Source of the DNA: Daphnia carinata
Lineage: Eukaryota
Direction of reading: 5' to 3'
DNA length: 64,000 nt
Assembly (NCBI RefSeq): GCF_022539665.2
Contig: NC_081333.1
Span: 2,604,001 to 2,668,000, forward strand
Within the stretch, counting starts at the first letter, position 1; each line of letters opens with the position of its first letter. Shown piece by piece: positions 36,682-52,100 of the stretch. The position numbers were made by a program, and so were the translations under genes. The notes beneath the pieces are model-generated. The model saw only the letters and a list, made by a program, of their open reading frames with translations. It was not told the origin of the DNA and made no database searches.

Positions 36682-39345
36682 TCACAAACATGGTAAACAC
36701 TGAAGTAAAATATCCCTTAAAGTCCTCCGAAGGGCTTCATCATGGCAGTAAACATGAGTGTTGGAGCCTTCTAGCTGAATAACGGTGTCTTCTCTTGGCT
36801 AAAATGAAATAGTTGATATTATTCAGAGGTATTGATTATGGGATGACAACGCAAAAGACTAATTTAGTACCAAATGGATAACGACTCCTCGAGGAGTGTC
36901 TTCAACGCGAGCATCTAGTAAACCATGTTGACTGAGCAAGTGCAACAACTGTGTTGTATCGACCGAGCCCCATGGATGGCGAGGCAGCATTCTTTCCGCT
37001 GCACTGTACAAAGTGCCTCCTTCTTCTTCGTTTAATACCTAGAGTTAAACGTCAAAATCATGAAGGAAAGACGCAGAAAAAAAGTCTGAATAGGAGACAA
37101 AGGGCTGACTTTAAGAGTAAATTTGTTGTCGCGTGCGTCCAATTTTCCAGTTAAGGTAGAGGCTGACAACCCAGTCTTAAATTGGATGGGTTCAAGCCGC
37201 GACGCCAAGGCAGGATCGAGGTGCACTTTTTCCTGTTTCCTCTTGATTGGTAATTGCAACACCTGATATGACTTCATACCCAATGCTGGAGGCTCCAATT
37301 CTGTTGGCAAAAGAGGTTAGACTGAATAAACTACTAGTTTCAATAACAATTGACAGAAATGAAGACTTGCCCTGAATAACCAAGTCAGATCGTAATGGTG
37401 CAGACACCGGTGGATGGAGATAGATGTCCGGCACGAGAAGGTTGCCCGGTTTAAGATCGCGGATCAATTTATTGGCCTGGGTAAAGCTCAGACTGGTATC
37501 AATAGGACAGTGAACGATTTTCATGGTCAGAGGCTGATACGGGGCCAGGGCTTCAAGATACGGGAAGTCGGGTTCAACGAAGACGATGCTATGGTTGCTG
37601 TGATTACCCCACAACTCTATGAAATGTACTACATTGCCGAAGCGGAGAGACGGATGGCCACAGAAGACCACGCAAGGCTGTCTATACTCGTTGGTAAATC
37701 CTTCAGCATGGAGGCTTGGGAAATGTTTTAGTCGCCCATTTTTGATGAGATGGGCATGTGGAAAAGGTTCTTCTGGGAGATATACTTTACTCTGCTTGCC
37801 TGAAGAGAGCCTACAAAAAAAGAACGATATGCAATGGAAGATTTACCACGTACGCAAATACAACATCAACAAAAACGAAACAAATCAAACCAACCAAACA
37901 TACCATTCTGCGAAAATATTGGAATAAGCTAATGACGTTTCAGCAACAGGTGAGAAGAAAAAGAGTGGAATTTGACTTAGACCAATGTTGTCCAAATGAA
38001 CAGAGAGACATTCAAACAAATCGTAAAGTAGTCCGGAAGGGTGACAAGGGACGAGACAAGAACCCCCCGAACGTAGTGTGGCAGCTGTAAAAGAGATCAG
38101 AAATTTTATTCACAGTAGGCTACTAGGTAAATACACTCATTTTGTTGTACCAACTGCCATGCAAAATTCACCCAACATGGAATCAGGGTTGGCAACGGGT
38201 GTCTGGGTCAACGCTGTCAGGATTAAGAGGTCGGCGTTCCTAAGTGCTACTTGATCCATTGGCCTGCATATTGTGAATAAATCTAGTATGATATATTTGC
38301 GTTTAAATAAAACAATTAGACTTTCTGTTACCTGGGATGAGTAGTGAGGGTTGATGAAGCGCTCACATATGCAATTTTTTCATAGCCAGAATGAATAATC
38401 CAGTTGCAACTACCGAGGGAATACCCTGAGCTGACCGCCATTACAGTAAGGGCACCACAAATATCCTAGAAACAATTGATCACTAAACTGAGATCTGATT
38501 TCTTTGTCGAGAAAAAAACTCAACATACTATTTTCTCGTTGAAGCCGACCATGCGAACTTTAGCTAAAGCTGCATTTATGGCTTTCATGGAATAGACTTT
38601 CCTCCAGTCATTTGGTCTCAATGCAGCATTCAGGGGAGGTGGAAGGGACTGAAGAACTTGCTTCCATCTACTTGATCGCTGGGTTTTTGGAGTTCTTTCC
38701 AAATAGTGAACCAATTCTTCCATGTACAGCCTGTAACCAATATATTCTACATCACATTATAAGCTGTAAAATTGCACTATATTGACTTGTTACCTTCCAA
38801 TCTGTAGGGTTGGTTCGGTAGCATAGACCCTTCCTTTAAAGCCTGTTTCTTCTGTGATGAACGGAAGGGCCAACATGCAGGCATGATTTGACAGCAAAAT
38901 GGTGTCGACATTGGATATGTCAAATATGTCTGATTGTGGAGGCAATATTTCAATTGGGCCATCAACAAGCACCCTATTTTCACACTCTTTAAGTTCCTGT
39001 TTTTACAATTGCAAAATAAGTTATAACTGCAAAAGCAAAGAGATTCCATCTGTATTGACTCACTCCATCCAGAAGTGCAGCATCTTGTGCATCTTTCGGT
39101 ATCCAATTTGGCAAGCTAGAAAGCCGTTTGCTAGCTACAAGAGGCAGAGGGAGAAAGTGCAGGGCCGAATTGATATCGAGCCCACAATCGAGCATCAGCG
39201 AAACGCCTTTGAAATTCAAGATGTTGCAAGGCTTATTTGGGTTGGCGCCAAGACTGTACTAAGTAAACAGAAAACTTGTGTTTACCAGGACACCCATGTT
39301 GGTGGAAAGAAATAAAAATAATAAAAATATGCTTACGATCTTCAT
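36682..39345 (-). CDS. IntS9: Integrator complex subunit 9 (metallo-beta-lactamase/beta-CASP), multi-exon
   Basis: [98 protein letters not shown]; ends ILLQCLPCL*. Confidence 0.93.
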
Positions 39346-42300
39346 GTTGTAGTTTATCTGACAAGTCACAATTTCTGTCTTTCATGCGAAAGCCGAACTT
39401 GTTTGTTTGCCCGGCTCGAGCACGAAGCTACTAGCAGACTACCATTTGAAAAACTAGCGCGCTGTTGCCAGATCAGCCTTTATTATATTGTCGCTTTATA
39501 TCTTTTAAAATCACTCGAAACGTGCGGTAAAAAGATTACTTTAAATTGAAACACGAAGACATTCGCCAAGTTTTTAAGAATGTATTGAATAACAGCATTT
39601 GACACCAAAGCCAGTAACAAACGAGCGAAACAAAAGAAGCAACATAGTACATTTCAGCAATTAACAAGGCATCATCCGAGTACTTGTGTTTCGTTGAGAG
39701 AGTGTCGATTGTGTTCAAGACACGCCCTTATCAGTTCTCCGTCCAGTAGGTTCTATTTCTCGGCTGTGACCGAAGAAAAAGAATTTCCCAAAAATCTAAC
39801 CGGACTGGTGAATGATAAGGCCAAGTCGTTGAACCATTTTATTTTGGTTGTCTTCTTTTTGAGTTAAAGATGATACGTGATGCTCCTCACCCTTCGTTTC
39901 CGGTGTCGATATGTCTCCTATATGCTAGCACAAAACAACAACTGGGAAAACACAAAAAGAAAAGAATCCAATAAGCGCGAAGAAATGAAAGAAAAATAAA
40001 AGAAAAAAAAAAGCTCATAGGCAGAAAAGAAGAAAACAACATGGTCGATGATCGGCTGTTGGTCGGGAGTCTGCGTAAGTACGAAAAAGAAATAAGAGCA
40101 GACACGGTTACTAAGAGAGGCGGGTGGTTGGGGAAAGGGAAAATGAAATACGATGGGAGGGGAAAGAGAACACAACACATTCACAAATGGGTGTCGTAGA
40201 CGACGACTACCGAAGGGGAGAGATTTTTCCCTGTGTATGTATACGTGAACGAGTGAACGGCCTTTACCAAATGGGAAACATCTGCCCGGCTGCTGGCCCT
40301 TTTCCCATACCGAGGAGAAAAGAAGAAGGCTTTTGTGTGTTTGATACCGAGGGTATATACTAAGGACCTACAGTAGTTGTTGTACTACTAGCCTGCGTTA
40401 AAGAACGTTGGGTTATCAAAAGAGCTCAGAACCTCTCCTCCCCCCCCCCGCTCCCATTGAACGCAACAGAGAAAAAAAAATGTCGATACTGAGTCGAATG
40501 ATCTATCGACTAGCGAAGGAAGTCGAGAAATATGTTTCTCCGCGATAGCTGGCCCTTTGCCGTCTGCTCTTACACAAGAAATTGAAAACCGGAGCAATGT
40601 GAGATGTGTCTCTCAACACTCTGTTCAAGAGGAGCTGCTGCTGGTGGGGAAACGCGAGGAGGAACAGCTTGATGTTTGTTGAATAGCAGTGTGTGACCCC
40701 GTCTGACCGTTTTTTAAACCATCAAACACGAGGGGGAAGAGGGGGCATATTGAAAAGGGCTGGGAAGGTTCAAAGTCTTTCAAAAAATATATATATAATT
40801 TTCCCTTTCTTTTTGTGTGTGTGTGTGTGTGAGTGTGGTAAGAATTTATTTTCCAGCCGGTTCAAAAGGTTATAAGCGATAGCGCAGCTGTGGCGCGGGA
40901 GTCTAAGCAACAACATTGGGCATGTCTGCCTCTGTCTGCGAGTGTGGCGCATAGATTAGATTAAAAAAAATAGAGAGGGAGGGTGCAATTGAATCACCAA
41001 GAGGACACACAAAAATTGGCCCACTTTTCCTTTTCTTGTCTTTTTTTTTTTTTTGTAAGCAATGAATTAGAGAAACAGATATACGAAGAAGTTTGCGAGA
41101 GAAATGAAGAAACTTAAAATGACGCATCCGGTACGAACTGTAGCCACACACACACACACACAGCAGAAAAAGTTGGCAACCGCGAGATAAAAAGCCGTAC
41201 ACACACGGTGCCGGATGCCACCGACGGTCTAGGAATTAAAAATTAAGAACGGAACATCTAAAACTAAGAGAAGGGAGAAAATTTGGAACGAAAAAGAAGG
41301 TTGTTATCGGATGCTGCGGGGAGGGAGATCTGAAGGGAAATGAAACCAATTAGCAACTGGCAATTCCAACTGAGGTTGTATCCGGTCCCTTCCTCCGTCG
41401 TGTTGAGAATAAATCATAACTTGTAGACACGAAGGCATTAATGAATTTTCTAACATGTCTTCACAAGAAAACGAAAGTGATAAAAATCGAAAAAGATTAC
41501 CAAATGTGTGATGACGATGGCGACGATAGACTGATGTAGAGCAGCCACAATATTGTTGGACGAACTGTCGACGTTGTCTCTTCGTCTCTGACTACGGCCA
41601 CTGCCACCCTTGCCACCCCACCTAAGTCCTCCCACTGACAGAGCAACGGCAGATGGCGTCGGCGTCGAACCAGTACAAAAAACCGCCAAGTCCGGCCAAC
41701 TCATCCAAACACAGACACACACTCGTATACACACACACACAGAGTGAACGCGAAGCCTTCTTAAATGCGTGTGTGTGTATGTTCGCCCTCTTTGTATATC
41801 CTCTCTTCCCTCCTACTCCCCCCCCCTTCCTTTTTCTGCTCTCCTTTCCGACTGGGCTCATCGATCGGAGCCGGGAAAACCGACGGACCGGGAGCACACT
41901 CCCCCCTCTTTTTTTTTTTTTTTTTTTTGCTTTTGCAACAGACGACGGTGGCGCTGACATCGTCGACGCTTAGGATCACTCCCATTCCTAGTTTTTTAAT
42001 TCCCATAATTTAAATTTTGTTTCGTTTTAAACGAATAATTAATGAGACAAAGGCAAACCAAGTGGGGGTAGATCACTGTAAAGTACAAACGAAGTTAAAT
42101 TAACGACACTCACGTCCGATACCACGAGACTACAAGGGTCCCACAGCAGCCGGTGAAAGATGGCCGCCTACTTCGTTTCTAATGATATCAAAATTCTTAG
42201 ATGATGAATCAGAAACTAACCTTGAATACAAGTTTCAAAAAAACAACAGAAATTGACGATGACACGTTGCTAAATAAAATAAAAAAATGTGTTTTGCTGC

Positions 42301-45300
42301 GACAAACTAATGGAAGCCCTACAAAAAGAGGAGGTGAAGGACGTCCTACGGAGACGTCGACTAGCCGATGACTGTGATCCAGAGACACGCACAAGAAACT
42401 TTAATACCACCCCTAACCCCACACACTCCCCTCCCTTCTATCCTGCTGTCTCTCTATGGTTGTCTATATACATCATGGGTGTGTAGGGAAGGAGGAGCAC
42501 CCGAAAAAAACGAGAGAGAAGGATGCTGCTAAGTAAAACAGTGCCCCATTTTTTTTTTACCACACCAAGATAAAACTTAATCTTTTCTCGTCGATAACGA
42601 GTATAAACTCTGTGACCAACTAAATGCATTCACGAAAATCGTCTCGATGAAACACATCGTTCTGTGCAGTTGGCGAGTGATTTAAAAGAAAACTCTTTAG
42701 TTTCTGGTTTTTGAGTACAGAATTTGGTAAGAATTGGAATAAAAATGGCTGCCACTTTCTGACAATCCAGACAACTTTAAAAGGCCTAGGGAAAACAAAT
42801 AGAAAATACAATTAATAAAATAGATTGGTTACCATTGAACTGCACATGCGCAATGGAGGGTATGTCCTGGACAATCACCAAAAACGCGGTCAAAAACATG
42901 TGCCAGCCTCCAGTTGTTGTCTAGGGTAAAATTAATCAATTAGAATAGATGTGTGAGTGCTAACAATAAGACGATATGGTACTGTTGGCTGTTAGTCGAA
43001 GGAAGGGGGGGGGCGTATAGTGGTAATTTTTATTTTTAATGAATTCACCATGTTCTTCCATATTGCATTTATTACAACTGGGAAGTTTCCTATGGCAATT
43101 TGAAGAAATGTGAAAATGTGTGTTTATCTTTATCTGCCGACAAGTGCCCCTAGGCTGTCGACATTTTTCATCACTTGACAACCGACGAAGATGCACACAG
43201 CAAATGCGATAAAAACGATGAACAACTTCATGTGTCGGGGCCTTCACAGTTTTCTAAATATACACGAACACTATTTTTTTTTTCCCTCTTATTTTTGTTT
43301 CTTATCAACAAATCCCCTTCGACTACACCCTTTTACTCCAAGGAGTTGCACATGTTTCCCTAGCGCATTTCTCTGTTACCACACAGGAAAAAAAAAATGC
43401 ACTATGTTTGAAATGTCGTTCACTTTTGTGTGCAACTACTATAGTAAATTGTTTAAACGTCGGCGAACGAAGTGGAATGGTAATTGATTAGTAACAACGG
43501 GCGAATCGGAGTGCGTTCAGCCATGCGGTTGAGAGTGCTAGCAGACGTTATTATTATTCAGTGGATTCTAAAGAGCAACTTGTTGTCAAGTAGTAGAAAA
43601 GAAAGATGAAAGCTCTTACGTATTTCACGAACCCTCGCACGTAATAAGCAACTACCCAAAATTGAAGCGGGTGGTAATACTGAGAAGATTAAATTCAGAT
43701 TTAAAATTCCAACACGTTTGGCAGTGCTGCTTTTCACACACACACGCAGATGAGCGAAGAAGGCATAGCCAGTTGGTGAACCAAGTAAGTAACCTTTGAA
43801 AATATAGCGTGTAGGGGTAACTTGAATGTTATGATAATCAAGTTCACCCAATAGCACATAAGAAAACGAATAAAGTTCAGATTTCAAACAGTCGACGCCT
43901 ATACAACTAAAACTCATAGGGGAACAAACATGGCTGCTTCAGTGCACATACACGCCAATGCCATAGTATTGGCCAGCATTTGATCCCGGCCGAGAGAAAA
44001 AGAGGGGCGAGGCGGTGGTGGTTGGTGATAACTGATAAGAGATTCTTTTTTTCCGACATTTTCAAGAACATACTCTTTCAATTTTTTTTTTTTTTTTTAG
44101 ATATACTGAAAAGATCAGACAACGTCGCCAGCCAATGCATAGTCTTTCAACTCTGTTTTCGAGGAAAAAAAAACCGAACACGACAGACATGTATATTTTT
44201 CAAGAGATCGAAAGAAGTAAAGAAATGAGTCTTTATTCCAAGTGTGTTGGGGCGAGGCTTAGGCAAATGAGCCGAACGAAACAGCTGGCTCCCCCTCTCT
44301 CGTTCCTGTTTTGTCCATACAGCTATAAAGCCTATACAGCAAACAATCCCGGCAAAAAAAAAAAAGCTTACGGGACTAAAAGAGTGAAAAAAAAAGAAGA
44401 AAAATTCCGTGCCTCGATATCGTTCATCGTCATGCACGATGACGTCATATAGGGAAGGATGGGATTCTCTGGCGTTCCATGTGTGAAAGGGGTGGCAGTG
44501 CAGTCGCTGATTTATAGCTCCAGATCTTGATATATTTGACTGGGGGAGCCGGTGATACACATAAAAATACATAATAAACCCATTACGTACATGCAATTCC
44601 CGAAATGATGCGTACATTTACAGAAATGACACGCCTCTTTTTACAAAAAAAAAAAAAAAAATTCAATCAAATGCTCCAAGCTTGTCCTACACAGTCTGTG
44701 GGTGGAAATCATCAAGTGTTTACATATTTTCGGTCTGAAACGACCATTGAACTTTTTGTTCGCTAGATGTGGGTTGAAAACGAAAGAGAAATCTCTTATT
44801 TCTTTTCAATATTGAAGCATTGAAATCTATATAACCAGCAACCCTCCACAGAAGAAGAAGGGAAAAAAATTAAAAACGATTTTTTGTTGTTGTTCAATGC
44901 TGACGGATCGATGCATGAATGCAGCCATTGTTGTTGCCGTCTGAACTATGGCTGAGGCATATAATCTCGGGGAACTATCATCGTCTGAACGTAAAAGCCT
45001 CTTGTTGATAGAAAAAGAATGCAGAAGCTGAAAAGCAGAGCGAGAAAACGTCGATACGAGGTCCAGCATCCAGCAACATCGTGAAACTGTAAAGGGTTGG
45101 GCTAAGCAGCACGCAGCATGTGGTTTCAATTAGCCACTCTTCTCATTCCATCTAATCCTCAGCACACACACACACACACCCCCTATATGCTCGTATCCTC
45201 TTTGAATCGTAACCGTTTCTTTGTTCCCATTTATAACAATCGTCATTATACATTACTGTGTGTGTACACACTGGGAGATTCAACTTCTCTTAAGTCACCT

Positions 45301-48300
45301 TAAGTATAGGGGCATTTAGTGCCACATCAGAAAATAGATGTTGATGTCAATGTAAAGGGGCATTGAATACGCGCAGAACAAAAGAGACGAGTTAAACGGA
45401 TCGGAAATGAAAGTCTGTCCAGTTATGATTACACATGTACACCATTGTCCGTTAAGCCCTGCTTTTTTGTCACGAATGTACGTTGTGCTGCGATATGACC
45501 TTTCTTTCCCAGCATACGGGAAATGAACGTGTCGACTGAGCGTCTGCTGTCCCCCGGATCTATCGCCTGCGACACACAGGCATCCATTGTGATCTATACG
45601 TACATAAGAATATAAGATTTCTTTCTTTCGGTTACGCAGGAGACGAAGCAAACAAGACAAGAATCTCTGTGCGGGATCCTTCCGCCTGGATTGGTTGTTG
45701 GTTTAAAAAAAAAAAGCGGGGGACTCCTAAAGATGTGACATTATCATCGGGGAAGAAAAAAAAAAAAAGAAGCGTACACAGAATGTGTCTCTTTGCATCA
45801 ATCCAAAAAAACGCACGTAGTCCATTTCTTTCATGTGCGTGATGCTGTGGGCCTTTTCAGTTGTTTGGAGCTTTATTTCGCAGATTCCTTTTGAAAAAAA
45901 AAGTTCTTGCATAATAAGACACCCCGACGAATATGCCTTGTGTCGAACCTAAAATTTTGTAAAAAAAAAAATCCATAGAAAGCAAAAAAAAAATAAAATA
46001 AAAAATAAATGGGGGTTTTCTATTCAAATGAAAAATAAAATTTATATCAATGAGTGTGGAAATCCTTCCGTCTTGCTGGCGGCGTTAAGAATCCAATTAT
46101 ACTCCTGACTAGGTTTGCTTCGTGCTTCTCGTGTAATAATAACAGCAGCCTCAAAGAAAAAAAGCCCACCCTTTTTTTTATTCTTTTTTTTTTTAAATTT
46201 TGTTTCCTGGACGCTGCATGATTTCGAATTGATAAGAAACAGCTTTTAATCTTTAGTTTTTTCACTTTAAAGAAAAGCAAAAACATTTTGTTTTTCTCGA
46301 ATAGATTATGCGACTATTTAAATGGATCCAGACAGCCAAGATAATCTTACGTGTCTTTCCGAATTTTTTAAAAAGAAGGATACAGCTTAAAAAAAAAAAA
46401 AAAAAAAATCCCAAACAGGAGCCGTGCCGCTTCGATTGAATAACTTCCCTGCCCGCTATATGTGTATACGACACACGCAACGCCCAGATCAAACCCCCCC
46501 CCCCCTCTTTTTTTCGGGACTGGTAGAGGCAAGTTCAATATATTTCCCCCCCCCCCCCGCCATTGAAGATTGACATCTTTACGGCGTCAACCTCTGTACG
46601 TGTACACAACCCCACATTATATAAATATATGTTTTTTTTTCTTTTAAAAAATAAATAAATAAATAAATACTTTCATTTTTTTGTTGTTGTTGTGACGATT
46701 TAAGAAGTATTTCGCTCCGTCGATCCTTGTTTCATTTACATTTCATTTTTGATGGGCTCGGCTTTTGAGGAGTTTCTATCTTTCGGCGTGCAGCAGGCCC
46801 CCTCAGCGTTCAAACCCTATCCTCCCGCCTGTCTATACAGCTCAAGACATAAGATTTATATACTTTTATACTGCTTTTTATACCAAGTAAAATGCATTTT
46901 CGAACCGAAAAAAAGGAGGGTTGGTGCAAAGGGAAGTAATCGGAGTCGGCGCAGAGCGGCGTGACCCGCGGGCTTTTTATTTCCCTGTGTTCTTGTAAAC
47001 AAAACGAAAAAAAAAATGTCTTTAGGAAAAATCTGTTTGATGCAATAATTCAATCGTAAAAAGATTGCGTAAAAAAAAAAAAGCATTTTTTTTTTTAACT
47101 CGTAATACTTAACGAACTGAAAATTTGATTGAAATGTGGGAGGAGCTTGCCGTTATTAGTGGAGACGATTGCCCAACGATAAACGAAAAAGAGGAATCAT
47201 TTGGAATGGCACACGCTTCTCTGTTGTACTACCACTAATCCAGCTTCCGTCTCACACACTGGCATCTCCGTCTGTTACGTGTATACATATAAATCAATAA
47301 ACCGGGAACGCGCGTGGGGACGGGGAGGAGGACGTTGTATGTGGCGCCTTGTTTTCCGATGTATCCTAGTGTCTATTTCACGCTACACGGCAACAGCCTA
47401 TAAAAAAAAAAAAAAGGGACGGCTCTTTTGGGCTAGGAGATGAATGTGTCTACCGTAAGAATAGCTACTAAAGTTAGCCGAAACATCCACGTGTCACTAC
47501 TGGAAGTTATTTTTCAACAAAGAAAAGATCATTCAGAAGGAATTTTACCTGGAAATCGATACTTACGTAATTAAGTTTCGCGTGAAAAAAAACGTCATCC
47601 AGGATGATATTTTGATAATTCATTCCCCTCCGCGCCCAAACGTTGTATACATCCTAAATAGAAAAACCAATAGTATTTTCCTTTTTTTTTTTATAGCAAA
47701 CAACATCAAACGAACATAAGGTAGGACGTAATTGGACGTATATAGAGCAATATACCTCAACGAGGGGGTGTCCTCTTATGTTCCAAATCAATTTTCTTCT
47801 TCTTCTTCTTTTCTCCTGCAGATACATCCCAGCCACACACGCGTCCGTCATATTGAAGAGGTCTCTGCGTCTATTGGATTACGTGGCTCTTTGGTGTTGT
47901 CTACAAGAGTCCTCCCCGTATAGTAAGTAATAGCAAGCAAAGATACACAGACTGGCGGGTGGTATAGTTTTTTCGGGCCCACAAAACTCTTGCAAGTAGA
48001 AGCGAAACTTTTCATTAGTTTTGCCATCCGTCCCGAATATGACAACGTTTCGCTTTTTAGGTCTCTTCATTTTCTCTCCGAAAATTCCGTACCTACAACT
48101 TTATACTATATCATTATATATACGTGTGTGTTGTTTGCCTTGGATGTCCCACGTCACCAGAAGAGTTCCATAAATTCAAACGCTTTTCGTGCCTGCATTT
48201 TTTTTTGCCCCTTTCGAGATATGAGCATCCGACAAAAAAAAAGGGAATAAAACAAAAAAAAAAAAAAAAAAAAGAGAAGGGGGGGATTGCCACATTCCGT

Positions 48301-49195
48301 AGATATATGTTGTATAATATAATACTTTAGGACTGTCGCATACACACCCACTGTACTCACGATGCAATATGCAAGCCGGGCGTTGCGATGAAGCACATCT
48401 GAGAGTCGATATGTGACATTAATACCTTTTCCCTTCTTGTTTTTTTTTGTTATTTCGTCTGAAATATTATTCCAGACGAATGAAGACAAAAAAAAACAAA
48501 ACAAGAGCGCACAGACTTCTAGACAGGGTTCCGTGAAAACGTTTTCAATGTTGAATAACGTTCAGTCTACAGCAGCACTTCGTCACGCGTCTTGACGTAC
48601 GTTTATGCAAGAGTAGAACTTGTTGTTTGCTCAGCTCATTATTTTTTTTTACAACATTATGAAAACAGAAAAAAAGGGGCGAAGGAAAAAATTAGGGCCA
48701 ATGATTCCATGAAATTTCTACTACGAGGCTCTTCATTTCGCCACCTACAATTTCAACCGGAAAAAAAAAAGGAAAAAATCGAAAACAAAAGGCACGGGAC
48801 ACACGACGGGGAGAAAGGTATTGACCCAATCAACAGCCAACTATAAAATATAGTAGGAAAACCGGGGGGTGTGTTAGCCTCGTCTTTTTAACAGCCCGTG
48901 TGCTGTGTAATCTCTTCTCCCCCGTTTTTTTTTTCCTAACTCATCCCACCAAAAGCAGCAAATAGTCTTTTGCTCTGAGAGACCCCCCTCCTACTCCCTC
49001 TGGAGAGTAATGGGTAAGTTTGTGTGTACGTTCCCCCCATCTGCGTCCCATTAGATTGAGAGCCAAGTTTCATTAAGGATGCAATATGCCAGCAGTAGCA
49101 GTCTCTCTCTCTTTTTTTTTTTTTCCTCCCCCCCCCCTCCGCCAAAAAAAAAAAAACGCAGCGGAGTTCTCACTGGTGCAAGAACACACGGTCAA

Positions 49196-52100
49196 TTATT
49201 CAGCAGCTTTCTTGCGTCCTCCTCGACTGCCTCCACCTCGACCTCTGGTGGCAGCTGGAGCTTTTTTCTTACCCGTGACTGCTGCGGATGCGGCGGCCGT
49301 CTTTTTCGTTTCCTTCTTCACTTTGATCATTGCGTCCAGCGATGGATCTTCGCTCTGTTCCTCATCGTCGTCTTCCTCGGCCAATCCATCCTCATCTACG
49401 AGGGCTTCTTGATCGTCGGCTGTGTCCTTCGATCGTCCTTTCTTCACTTGCACGACAGCGTACGGCGTCATGTGGCCTTCCTTGTTGTAAGCTCGAGTAA
49501 AGGCCGCCTTCACTTTACCTTCGATTCCTGCATTTTTTAAAAATAGCAATAAATTTAAACATTTAAATCGCGCGATAAATCCCACGACATCAACACATCG
49601 ATACAATAAAGAAAAGAAAAATACGGGACCCCCTGTACTTGAAATTGTTTCTTTTCTCCTATCTATATATCTTGTAGGGATTGAGACTAGCTACATCAGC
49701 ATCGAATCAGCCCTGCTAAAAAAAAAAAAAGATCAAATATTCCAATCGGGCTGATGGGGTCAGTGCATAGCCATCAGCAATGCTCAACTGCGGGAAAGTG
49801 GGAAAAAAAAGGAAGCTTTTCTTTTTTTTTACTCTGAACACCGCGAACGAGAGTGGAGAGGTACAAGCACAAGCTGAGCGAGCCACTTGGGAGCCCTTTG
49901 GCTTTTTATATCTCTTCCCCCCTTTTTTTTTGTTAATAAAAAAAATATAGGAAAACATTCAACTATCGGATCGTCCCCCAAATTTGTTGCAGTTAAGATC
50001 TTGTACAAAAAAAGGGATTAAACAAAAAAAAAAAAAAATGTATCAAGATCAAAAGGAAAGAAAAGGGACTTCTCTATTGTGACTTGATTTTTTGATATCA
50101 TATTTACCGGCCATGATGTCGGGTTTATGGGGCCATTGAGCCAGCTCGAGGAGCGAGTCGAGATCCTCCCTCATCAGATCGTAGCTTTCCATGGCCCGGA
50201 TTGCCTCTTCGACTCCGTCGGCTCCGCATCGTTTCAAAGGGCCGACAATGGAGCTGAGGACGTGCGGGAGGTAGTCCAGGTTGAGGGCGCGCTTCGATCC
50301 GGAGATGCGGAGGCGCATGTGCGACTGGAGCTCTTGCAGGAGCCGATCCATTTTGTTCTGGCGTGAATTCTTGCCCAGCCAACTGGGAAACTCGATCTTG
50401 GAGCCGACGTAGCCCTCCATCAACTGGCCGGGCACGACGCTGGCGAAAACAGCCTCGACGGGCAACAAGCTCCAGGCGTTCTGCGACCGGATAACCTTTT
50501 CAATCAGGTCCGTCTGAGACATGCAGTGAGCCGTACGTCCTAACAGGTCCAACGTCTTGATGGCGTTGCCTTTAGCCGCATGAGGCACCACGTACGGGTA
50601 ATTCTCTTGGACAAAGAGCGGGCCAAAGCTGTAGTCCTGGAAGAAGAGGCCCATCTTGTCGTGGATGCTCATGCCGCGATGCTCCTCGGCCGAAAAGACC
50701 TTTTTGACCACCTCCCAAGGACCGAGTTTCATGTCCTTCTTGCTCCTCGACGCCTCCAGTTTGGCCTTTTCCGTCGACAGCGTCTTCTTGTCAGAGGCCA
50801 GCATCGACAAGTGGTGGAGAACTTGACGGACATCCTGATTGGCTCCCATGATGATCTCGTCGAGCGCCTCCGGTTTCAGGCTGATGCCTTCTTTGAAGCA
50901 GACGCTCAGCATGGCTCCGCGGATCTGCTCGATCCTCGGCTTGCTAAACTTGAGATCGTAGCAATAATTGGCCAAACTGCGGATCTTCTGGTGCTGACGA
51001 TCGTTGCAGATGCATATCACCGGGATCTTGGCCGTTTTTATGAGACCGATCAATTCCTGAATGCCGCCGCGATCCTCATTACCGGCCATACCGTCGACTT
51101 CGTCCATGACGAGCACCCGCTTGCGGCCACCTTCAATCTGTGCTGAGCCGTGAGCATACGTCGCCAACGATTGCGATGACATCAGTTCCTGCACGTGCTC
51201 GTGCAGCAGACGTTTGCTACGCGTATCCGAAGCGTTCATTTCAACAATGTCGTAACCGAGCTCCTTCGCCGCCAGATGGGCGGTCGTTGTCTTGCCTGTA
51301 AAAAAGATAAATCAATGTTTAATGAGCAATTCCATCAAGTGTCTGAGGGGAGGGTAAGAGTATCGATCCGCAAATGCCGGATGACTGCGGGGACTTCCCA
51401 ACATTTTTCTCAGACATTTCGCTTCGGATGACTAAAGCGAAAAGCAATGTGATTGAAACGTGACTCTGGTTCGCACAATGACAACGACCCGTCAGCCGAT
51501 TAAATGTGGAATTGACTTGATTAAACGCGCGTATAGCTTCTGTCTCTCTATATAAATAAAAGGGGTGGCGGATGAGGAAGGGAGGGCGGCAGCTGAAACA
51601 TCAGCTATCCTACTACAAGAGTTATTAGAAATGAGAAACGGACGAGTAGCAGTCTATAGGCTGCCGAGGGGCTTAAAGGGGGGGAGACGTAGTGGGGAAG
51701 AGGAAGCTGTGGCGAGTTGCTGGAGGTAATCAAGAGGAAAAAGGCCCCATACACACACACACACACACACACAACTGAGGGGAATAAAATCAATAAAGAG
51801 CAAAGGAGAGCATACTAAGAACGGCTGCCGACCCAAATAAATGGGAGAAAGAAAAAAAAAAGCCCATTTTCTTCTTCTCTCTTTTGCTGGCTTTAATAAA
51901 ACATGGACGGCCATAGCTAGGAGGATTCTGGTTCACGAGTCCGGAACAACATTCCTCATTATCTCCCTCCCCCCCAAACCATCCACCCACGCACAAAGTG
52001 TTTGGACACGCTTAAAATGGCGTCACATTCCCAAAGTCGGAATGGGAGGGGGATAATGACGTGTCTTTTGCGAAGAACATAACCCTATGGGCTAGGTCGA

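Noticed and set aside
41450..42180. Possible terminal exon with hydrophobic tail plus an upstream exon-like block
   Set aside because: No convincing in-frame splice chain or homology; embedded in microsatellite-rich DNA.
43980..49100. Numerous K/F-rich short ORFs
   Set aside because: Translations of poly-A/poly-T and dinucleotide runs.
50580..51146. 188-aa antisense ORF inside RFC1
   Set aside because: Expected shadow ORF of a GC3-rich coding exon.
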